Shown here: positions 1 to 6,010 of the stretch, one piece after another
How positions within the stretch are numbered: the stretch's first letter is position 1
Layout: every line of letters starts with the position of its first letter
Source: Octopus sinensis
Lineage: Eukaryota
NCBI RefSeq assembly: GCF_006345805.1
Contig: NW_021829519.1
Coordinates: 1 to 6,010, forward strand
DNA length: 6,010 bases
Direction of reading: 5' to 3'
Program-made: the position numbers and the translations under genes
Notes under the pieces: generated by a model
The model's database searches: none
What the model saw: the letters and a program-made list of their open reading frames with translations, nothing else
What the model was told of the DNA's origin: nothing

Positions 1-80
1 ATCTATAAATATATATATATATATTATATATACATGTGTGTGTGTTTGTATGCATGTAAATGTGTTTTTTTATATATATG
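1..80. repeat. Compound (TA)n/(TG)n microsatellite
   Basis: Visible TATA and TGTG runs at the window start. Confidence 0.9.
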
Positions 81-339
81 TTATCTTCCATGATAAATGA
101 TATTAATATTCTTACAATTAATAATCTTAATTAATTTTGCGCCCTTCCATGAAGCCTTGACATTTTTCTAATCAAAATCTCTTATCAATATCTCTGGTAC
201 ATCTGTGTACTCTCTTCAGCAGTGTTTCTAGTTACTTTAAATCTATATAAACTGAAGTCAAACATATAAAAAATCATGGTTGATGTTGATTATCCTACCA
301 CAAAATTTGCATCCAAAAGAAGTCCTATTTAACATGTTG

Positions 340-540
340 GTGCACTTGCTAGAGTGTTGAAAGGTTTCATCTGACATTTTACACTCTATGGTCAAATCTT
401 ACTCAGATCAGTTTTGTCTTTCATCCCATCTGGGTCAATAAAATAAAGTACCAGTCAAGTAATGGAGAAGATGTGTTCACCTGTACCTCTCCCTTCCAAT
501 CATTTCTGGTCATATACTTCATTTCGAAACAACTGTAGTT
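340..540 (+). mobile_element. Degenerate tRNA-derived SINE (octopus-type, with a Meta-like central domain)
   Basis: B-box-like GGTCAAATCTT at 390-400, then TTTTGTCTTTCATCCCATCTGGGTCAATAAAATAAAGTACCAGTC (412-456). This resembles the CTTTGCCTTTCATCCTTTCGGGGTCGATAAAATAAGTACCAG central motif I recall from abundant octopus SINEs/MetaSINEs. The 3' part CCTCTCCC...GAAAC also fits. Family match is from memory. Confidence 0.6.
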
Positions 541-552
541 ATTTCACTCATT

Positions 553-700
553 ATATATGTACACCTATATTTACCTACCTATGTACATATATATGTATGT
601 AAGAATGTATGTATATATGTATGTATGTAAGAATGTATGTATGTACATATGTATGTATGTACATATGTATGTATGTATGTTTGTATGTATGTATGTATAT
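553..700. repeat. (ATGT)n microsatellite with a higher-order 28-bp duplication
   Basis: ATGT units; the interruption AAGAATG recurs at 601 and 629. Confidence 0.92.
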
Positions 701-789
701 TTTGTAATGGTTATCTACTATATATACAATACTAGAAGTATACTGGAAAAATATATATACTTTTATCAAAAGAACATGAGATACATAAC

Positions 790-960
790 TGTGTGGGCAT
801 GTGTATTACATATACATATGTATATATATATGTGTGGGGGGGTGTAGGCAGACCGGCAGACCGACAGACAGATAGATAGATAAATAGATTAGATAGACAG
901 ACAAGCAGACAGACAGATAGACAAACAAACAGATAAATAGACAGACCAACTGACAGAGCG
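790..960. repeat. (TA/TG) tract followed by degenerate (GACA/GATA)n tetranucleotide repeat
   Basis: GACAGACAGATAGATAGATA... from ~845 to 955. Confidence 0.9.
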
Positions 961-1044
961 GGACAAACTGCATGAGAGTGAAAGAAAAATAGAAAGCGAA
1001 AGTAAGATATGGTATAACAAAAATAGACCTGTCAACAAAGGTGT

Positions 1045-1210
1045 ACGTACATAGATACACACACACACACACACACATGAACACGTGCACATGTGTGCAC
1101 GCGTACACATGCTCATATGACTATATGAGTGTGTGGGTTGGGTATGCACACAGATAGATTGAAAGACAGAGAGAGAGAGAGAGCGACAGACAGATAGGCA
1201 GACAGAGAGG
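1045..1210. repeat. Compound (CA)n, (TG)n, (GA)n/(GACA)n low-complexity tract
   Basis: Direct reading: (AC)n near 1057-1077 and (GA)n near 1168-1182. Confidence 0.85.
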
Positions 1211-1282
1211 AGTAAACACATTTAAACAGTTAGATGATTGGTGATGTATGGAAACACAGAGAACTAGCAGAAGAGGAGCCAG

Positions 1283-1536
1283 CGTACATGCATACATACA
1301 TACACATATGTGTGTGGTTGTGTGTGTGTGTGTTTATGCATATGTGTGTGTGTATATATATATATATGCATATATATATACATATATACATAAATATATA
1401 TACATATATACATATATATGTACACATACATATCTGTGTGTGTATATATATATATATATTATGCACATACATATCTGTGTGTATATATATATATACATAT
1501 ATACAACATACATCTATATAAATATATACATATATA

Positions 1537-1574
<38 letters not shown>

Positions 1575-1740
1575 CATATATATAGTATATATATTTATAT
1601 ATATATATATATATACACACACATACACACACATTCACATACACAGATGCATAGATACACACACAACCACATGTATGCGTACATGTATATTCACATATGT
1701 ATGCGTGTATGTATGTTAAGTTATGTATACATACGTACGT
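1283..1740. repeat. Large alternating purine-pyrimidine tract (TA/CA/TG) with inverted outer arms and an internal 41-bp duplication
   Basis: TG-rich left arm, TA-rich centre, CA-rich right arm; CACATACATATCTGTGTG occurs at 1423 and 1464. Confidence 0.9.
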
Positions 1741-1957
1741 ACACTGTGATTGCAGGTTGACTAAAAATACACCACATTTAATGACCACATTTCAACAAAG
1801 CACTATCCAATTAAAACTCAGCTTAGTTATCTAAATCATCTATGTAAGTGCTTCACTTTTATGTCTTCACCAGATTTCCATTTTCCAAGAAGGCTGACAT
1901 CTTGATAATTGTGAAATAATAAATGTTTACACATCACTATGTTTCCTTCTGGTTTCT

Positions 1958-2040
1958 TTGTTGCTGTAGTTATTGTTGTCGCTGCTGTTGTTGTTGTTGT
2001 TGTTGTTGTCGTCGTCTTTGTCGTTGTTATTGTTGTTGTT
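1958..2040. repeat. (GTT)n/(AAC)n trinucleotide tract, probable 3' tail of the adjacent retroelement
   Basis: GTT/GTC/GCT triplets; directly abuts the TAGCTCGAGGTCAG motif. Confidence 0.9.
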
Positions 2041-2165
2041 GATTAGCTCGAGGTCAGTTCTGTGGAAACGGAGTTAGTATGAAAGGTATTCGTTCCAGCC
2101 ATGCCTATCCTGATTTATTTTGTGGGGTTCAATGCATTATCCAGAGTATCCCTTCTTTTTAAAAG
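1958..2165 (-). mobile_element. 3' end of a non-LTR retroelement/SINE with (AAC)n tail, copy A
   Basis: GTT tract + TAGCTCGAGGTCAG (2044-2057) + AAAGG (2082) + TTCCAGCCATG. The same order of motifs recurs at 2651-2744. It resembles an abundant octopus repeat I recall (...TAGCCCCAGGTCAG...ATCAAAGGCATTCCAGCCATGACCATCC...). An RTE-type affiliation is only inferred from the short-repeat tail. Confidence 0.5.
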
Positions 2166-2585
2166 AAAAACCCATATATCGCTAAAATCATTGAAACAGA
2201 CTTAGAAAAAGAGGCATTCCAGCCATGCCCATTCTGGCATATATTCAGGCACAGTGTATCTAGGGCTACAACATCCGATGTATCCTTCTTTTGTTTAAAC
2301 CCAATAATGCTTAACTTTTTAAAACAGACAGTAAAAAAGACATTCCAGCCATGCCCATTGTGACTCCATTTCAGGCACAGTATATCTAGGATTACATCAT
2401 CCAATGTATCCCTTCTTTATTTTAAACTAATAATGTTTGATTCCTTGAAGCACACTTACTAGAAAAGATATTCCAGCCATGACCACCCTAAATTATTTTT
2501 CAGGGAGCAATTTACCTAGGACTACATCATCGAATGCATCCTTCATTTATTTTTTTAAACCCTATAATACTTAAATTATTAAAAC
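2086..2585. repeat. Diverged tandem array of four ~124-130-bp units
   Basis: TTCCAGCCATG is exact at 2093, 2217, 2343 and 2471 (spacings 124/126/128). CTAGG at 2260, 2386 and 2516. G(T/C)ATCC at 2146, 2280, 2406 and 2536. The AT-rich AAAC(C)..ATAAT linker is also homologous between units. Confidence 0.88.
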
Positions 2586-2650
2586 TAAGGAGAGAAATAT
2601 TATTTATTGGTAATATTTACTTTATTTAAAAGTAAGGAGAATACATCAGT

Positions 2651-2744
2651 GTTGTTGCTGTTGTTGTTGTCGTTGTTGTCATTCTTGCCATTATCTAGCC
2701 CCCAGGTCAGGTCTAATGAAGGAAAGCCCATTTCATCAAAGGCA
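2651..2744 (-). mobile_element. Second, 5'-truncated 3' end of the same (AAC)n-tailed element, copy B
   Basis: GTT tract 2651-2680, TAGCCCCCAGGTCAG at 2696-2710 and AAAGGCA at 2738, with the same spacing as copy A. Confidence 0.45.
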
Positions 2745-2924
2745 GCGGAGTTGTTGGCATCAGAAACTGAGTTGCAGCTGATCAATGACATTAAACTACT
2801 GAAGACTCTCTGATCCATTCAGAGTATAATTTCACAGTGACACTAAATATATGTTTATTAATCTTATGATTTCAAAACAGAGATTTATCCAAAACAATGC
2901 TGTAATTGTGATTTTGCTAACACA

Positions 2925-3375
2925 GACACATACATTCATACATACATACATACATACATACATACATACATACATACATACATGCACACACACACACATA
3001 TATTCATACATACATACGTACATAGTGTGTGGTGTGTGTGTGTGTATTTTTATATATATGTATATATTACATATATATACATACATATATAATATATATA
3101 TATGATATATATTATATATAATATTATATGTATGCATATATATACATGGTGTGTAAATATGTAATATATATGTGCATATATATATGTATACATGTATATG
3201 TGTGTATGTGTGTGCCTGTATTATATATATATATATGTATGTATGTATGTATATGTATATATATTTATGTATGTATGCATAATATGCATATATATTATAT
3301 GTTTATATATATTATATGTGAAAATATATATATATAAATAGATATATATATGTGATAGTTGATATATGATATGAT
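2925..3375. repeat. Compound microsatellite: (CATA)11 then CA/TG/TA tracts
   Basis: Perfect CATA run at 2937-2980 followed by long TA/TG-rich sequence. Confidence 0.93.
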
Positions 3376-3764
3376 AGTTGAGTGGATAAGCAAAATCCAG
3401 GTGATCACCACATCAGCACACCATGCAGAAACCTGGCTAGCATACTGTTCAAACAACCAATGAATGGTTAGTTATACTTTGATCAATTATAAAAAGTGCC
3501 CTTTTTGAGTTCAAGGCATGTATATATCAAATATGTATGTTATAATTCTCTCAGAGTGAGGAATATATATATAATAATTACTTTAATTAAGGAAAAGAAA
3601 GTCAAATCAATGTTACATATGTTTCAGTGAATGAACATCATTCATTTCTTATTGCATATAAAGTTATGCAATTTATAGAATAAAATTAGTGTTCATTCAC
3701 TTTTTCAGGCATCGTAGTTTGAATTACTATCAATTTATGAGAGAAACCTCCAATCATATATAAA

Positions 3765-3970
3765 TATGTATGTGTGTGTATGTCCGTGTGTCTATATGTG
3801 TGTGTGTATTTGTGTGTGTGTATGTGTGTACATATATATACACATATACATACGCATATATATATAAATGCATAGACAAAAACACACTGATGTGCATGCA
3901 CACGCACTCACACATTATATATATATATATATATATGTTTATATAAAGGAATGTGAGTATATATGAGTGT
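3765..3970. repeat. Compound TG/CA/TA microsatellite
   Basis: Direct reading. Confidence 0.9.
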
Positions 3971-4042
3971 GTATCTGGTCTTGTCTGTTTAAAGTATTTA
4001 TTTGACTCATGATATTTAAAAGCTGCTCATATTTCCAAGTCT

Positions 4043-4045
<3 letters not shown>

Positions 4046-4075
<30 letters not shown>
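4046..4075. repeat. (AG)15 microsatellite
   Basis: Perfect AG run at 4046-4075. Confidence 0.97.
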
Positions 4076-4077
<2 letters not shown>

Positions 4078-4119
4078 AGTATTGGAGTTTTTAGTGTGTC
4101 TGCTACGTAACACCTCCAA

Positions 4120-4210
4120 ATACATACATACACAGATGTGTGTGTGTGTATATTAGCATATTATATGTGTGTATATGCTCATGTATTTTTATAAATATCT
4201 ATCTACCTAC
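4120..4210. repeat. Short CATA/TG/TA low-complexity tract
   Basis: Direct reading. Confidence 0.75.
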
Positions 4211-4299
4211 TAATCTAGGTTTACACATGTATGTGTAGATATAAATAACAAGACACATGTAAATTTAATGATAGGAAACTCCTACCACTCAGAAATCAG

Positions 4300-4388
4300 C
4301 CCCATAAGAATGCTGCGGATAAGGGTTTAAAGTGCTCTAGCATGACCACAACCGTATGGCTGAAACACATAAATGAGATAAAAGATAT
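4300..4388 (+). mobile_element. Possible SINE 3' end fragment
   Basis: GTGCTCTAGCATGACCACAACCGTATGGCTGAAACACATAAATGAGATAAAAGATA resembles a 3' end I recall from octopus SINEs (GTGCTCCAGCATGGCCGCAGTC..ATGACTGAAACAAGTAAAAGATAAAAGATA). Match from memory only. Confidence 0.4.
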
Positions 4389-4392
4389 GCAT

Positions 4393-4565
4393 ATCATTAT
4401 AATCATCATCATCATCATCCTCCTCCTCATCATCATCATCACCACCACCATCATCATCATCATCATCATCATCATCCTCATCGTCGTCGTCATCGTCATC
4501 ATCATCATTATCATCATCATCGTCCTCATAATCATCCTCACCTTCGTCATCCTCCTCATCATCAT
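4393..4565. repeat. (ATC)n/(GAT)n trinucleotide tract with CTC/ACC/GTC variants
   Basis: Direct reading; it explains the poly-D, poly-M and poly-I ORFs. Confidence 0.95.
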
Positions 4566-4780
4566 TTAACATTCATTTTCCATGCTGGCAAGGGTTGAAT
4601 GGTTTCATATAAGCTGGCAAGTGAGAGGACTACACCAGACCCCACTATCTATTCTGGATGATCTTCCTAAAGTCAGCCACTTTTCATAGGGCACTCGGTG
4701 CTTTTTACATGGAACTAGCACTAGCAAGATCTGCTTTGGCATGGTTTTCACAGCTGGATGCCCTTCCAAATGCCAACCAC
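4566..4780 (-). mobile_element. 3' part of an (ATG)n-tailed interspersed repeat with an internal 100-bp-spaced duplication
   Basis: TTTAACATTCATTTTCCATGCTGGCAAGGGTTG abuts the ATC tract. CTGGATG..CTTCC.AA.G.CA.CCAC occurs at 4654 and 4754 (21/27 identical). TTTGGCATGGTTTT..CAGCTGGATGCCCTTCC matches a very common octopus repeat I recall. Confidence 0.6.
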
Positions 4781-4813
<33 letters not shown>

Positions 4814-4975
4814 ATATATGTATATATGTATATATATATATACATATGCATGCTCACACATGTATACATACACACACACGCATACATACATACATATACA
4901 CACACATACATATGTACATGCATGCATAGGCACACACACACACTCACACTGGCCCACACACATGTGCATAAACAA
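4779..4975. repeat. Compound (TA)n/(CA)n/(CATA)n microsatellite
   Basis: Direct reading. Confidence 0.92.
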
Positions 4976-4984
4976 ACAAAAAGT

Positions 4985-5204
4985 AACGCAGTGTAAATAA
5001 CGGACAGAGTCAAGACTATTGTAAAGGTTGCTAGACGCAACAAAAATTTTAGGAAAATAAAAATAAGAAATAAGTGGAAATTTTACCAGTTAGTGTGTTA
5101 AATTATAAGGCACATTAAGAAAAAGACTCTCCCCAGACACAACAGAATATGCTTCAACACACCAACTCATATAAAGAATCTTGCAAATCAAATCCAAAAA
5201 CGAA
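4985..5204. mobile_element. Probable A-rich interspersed repeat remnant, family unassigned
   Basis: Bounded by simple repeats. GTAAAGGTTGCTAGACGCAACAAAAATTTTAGGAAAAT and CTCATATAAAGAAT resemble a recurrent octopus repeat from memory. Confidence 0.3.
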
Positions 5205-5472
5205 ATATATATATAAAACGGGAAGGTTTACGAAAATAAACAAAAGACGAAGGCAGGTGGAGTACAAAACAAACAAATGTATTAATATGGCGCTCAGGAA
5301 TAGAAATAGAACAAATCTTTTATGTTTCGAGCCTATGCTCTTCGACAGAAAGATACACAGAAAAGAAACGAGGAGAGAAAAAAATGCATGTAGGAGCTAA
5401 CGGTCTATCATAAAGTAAAAGAGTCAAAAGGAAGAGTAAGTACGGTTAGGTAGGTTTTTAAACACACCTCAA
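5205..5472 (-). mobile_element. Penelope-like element (PLE) terminal-repeat-like segment, no RT/GIY-YIG ORF
   Basis: Contains a minimal hammerhead fold, a known hallmark of PLE terminal repeats; T-rich on the minus strand; flanked by TA tracts at 5205-5214 and from 5474. Confidence 0.6.
5315..5354 (-). ncRNA. Minimal type I hammerhead ribozyme motif with a variant core (CUGUCGA)
   Basis: The minus strand reads AUCUUU CUGUCGA A GAGC-AUAG-GCUC GAAA C A U A AAAGAU: 6-bp stem I (AUCUUU/AAAGAU), 4-bp stem II with tetraloop, GAAA, minimal stem III, and an NUH triplet AUA. Confidence 0.7.
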
Positions 5473-5473
5473 C

Positions 5474-5570
5474 TATATATATATATATATAATATACATA
5501 ATATATATACATATGTATATGTACATACATATATATGTATGTATATATATATATATGTGTGTGTATATGT
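5474..5570. repeat. (TA)n/(TG)n microsatellite
   Basis: Direct reading. Confidence 0.92.
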
Positions 5571-5571
5571 G

Positions 5572-5765
5572 GGCACAGGATGTTACGAAACGGGTGCAAC
5601 AAAAAATACGAAGTATGAGTACATGGAATATGAACTATTTTTTCGAACAAGGAAAGACACAAATAGAAAACAAAACAAACAACATAAAGAACGACCCTTT
5701 ATGAGTTGCTGGCTGTTTTTCTACCCTCGTATTTCGAGCATTGTAGGCATTTGGAAGGGCATCCA
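5572..5765. mobile_element. Possible second PLE-like terminal remnant
   Basis: Same layout as the neighbouring element (A-rich plus strand, TA-flanked). AGAACGACCCTTTATGAGTTGCTGGCTG...TTTCGAGCA resembles a recurrent octopus repeat from memory. Confidence 0.3.
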
Positions 5766-5854
5766 AATATATATGTAGTCTGTGGATGAAGGGAATGGTA
5801 TAAAGTAGTTATGCACTGTGTATATTTCAAAAGATTCACCAAATGCATATAATG

Positions 5855-5899
5855 TAACTAATGGGTAGACAAATATATTCTGTGTTCTTTCCTCTTCAG
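5855..5899 (+). promoter_or_regulatory. 3' splice site: branch point, polypyrimidine tract and CAG
   Basis: CTAAT at 5858-5862; TTCTGTGTTCTTTCCTCTTCAG ends at 5899. The only intervening AG (5867-5868) lies about 6 nt after the branch A. Confidence 0.6.
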
Positions 5900-6010
5900 G
5901 TAACTTCCACTTGTCAGGTAAAAGTCTTTTGTCATAATAAACTTGCCAAGAGAAACTGGAAAAGATTTGTACGTTTCAACAGTCAAAAGGCGAATGGATA
6001 TGGGAATCTG
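5900..6010 (+). CDS. Candidate internal coding exon (phase 0), running off the window: VTSTCQVKVFCHNKLAKRNWKRFVRFNSQKANGYGNL; product not identified
   Basis: Follows a strong acceptor. The phase-0 frame is open for all 37 codons, while the other two frames hit TAA within 13 codons. Sequence complexity is higher than in the flanking intron. Confidence 0.5.

Noticed and set aside
200-290. NAGNAG-like acceptor CTCTCTTCAGCAG near 221
   Set aside because: All downstream frames stop within ~16 codons and there is no convincing donor.
1234-1290. Protein-like stretch [18 protein letters not shown]
   Set aside because: No polypyrimidine tract upstream and no good donor; it runs straight into microsatellite.
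557-1788. Many Y/I/M/V/C/H/T-rich ORFs on both strands (also at 2832-3337, 3686-3907, 4658-5043, 5408-5662)
   Set aside because: They are translations of TA/CA/TG/CATA microsatellites, which lack stop codons in several frames; no domain-like sequence.
1756-1843. Possible exon between TGCAG (1755) and GTAAGT (1844), and an acceptor at 1873 with AATAAA near 1918
   Set aside because: All three frames contain stops and the polypyrimidine tract at 1755 is poor. A UTR exon cannot be excluded but is unsupported.
2159-2404. ORF with a 42-aa repeat (D.LCL...NGHGWN)
   Set aside because: It covers only two of the four tandem units. Unit lengths (124/126/128) break frame and the neighbouring units contain stops, so a coding repeat is unsupported.
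2086-2585. CRISPR array or C/D snoRNA cluster interpretation of the tandem units
   Set aside because: The 'spacers' are homologous to each other, the repeats are degenerate, and the context is animal DNA with no cas genes. The minus-strand TGATGT..CTGA is not a canonical C box, the boxes are too close, and there is no terminal stem.
2600-2818. Overlapping ORFs 2600-2818 (-, Asn-rich) and 2607-2813 (+)
   Set aside because: Their core is the GTT tract plus the retroelement 3'-end motif duplicated at 2044-2086; mirror-frame ORFs on both strands are typical of triplet repeats. The plus-strand tail (KAAELLASETELQLINDIKLL) looks protein-like but has no convincing splice context.
4296-4572. Poly-Asp/Glu, poly-Met and poly-Ile ORFs
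   Set aside because: All three come from the (ATC)n tract, best explained as a retroelement tail.
5149-5400. 83-aa Lys/Arg/Asn-rich ORF (also 5513-5704 and 5539-5778)
   Set aside because: These are A-rich strands of repeat remnants and span element junctions; the opposite strand holds the hammerhead motif; no RT or endonuclease motifs.
5912-5932. CQVKVFC resembles the Grainyhead CP2-domain motif CQIKVFCDKGAERK
   Set aside because: The following residues (HNKLAKRNW) do not match DKGAERK, so no gene symbol was assigned. The terminal GYG also lacks the TxGYG potassium-channel context.

Overview
Non-prokaryotic, AT-rich, repeat-dense animal DNA. It most resembles an octopus (coleoid cephalopod) intron; this assignment rests on microsatellite density and on repeat families I recognise from memory, not on a search. 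Roughly 40% of the window is simple repeat (TA/CA/TG, CATA, GATA/GACA, GTT, ATC, GA), and essentially all ORFs in the supplied track are artefacts of simple repeats or retroelement remnants. The rest is decayed interspersed repeats: a tRNA-headed SINE (~340-540), two (AAC)n-tailed retroelement 3' ends (minus strand) flanking a diverged 4-unit ~126-bp tandem array (2086-2585), an (ATG)n-tailed element, and a Penelope-like terminal segment. That segment carries a complete minimal type I hammerhead ribozyme fold with a variant core (5315-5354, minus). The only plausible coding sequence is a candidate plus-strand exon starting at 5900 (branch point, polypyrimidine tract, CAG acceptor, 37 open codons to the window edge), product unidentified.
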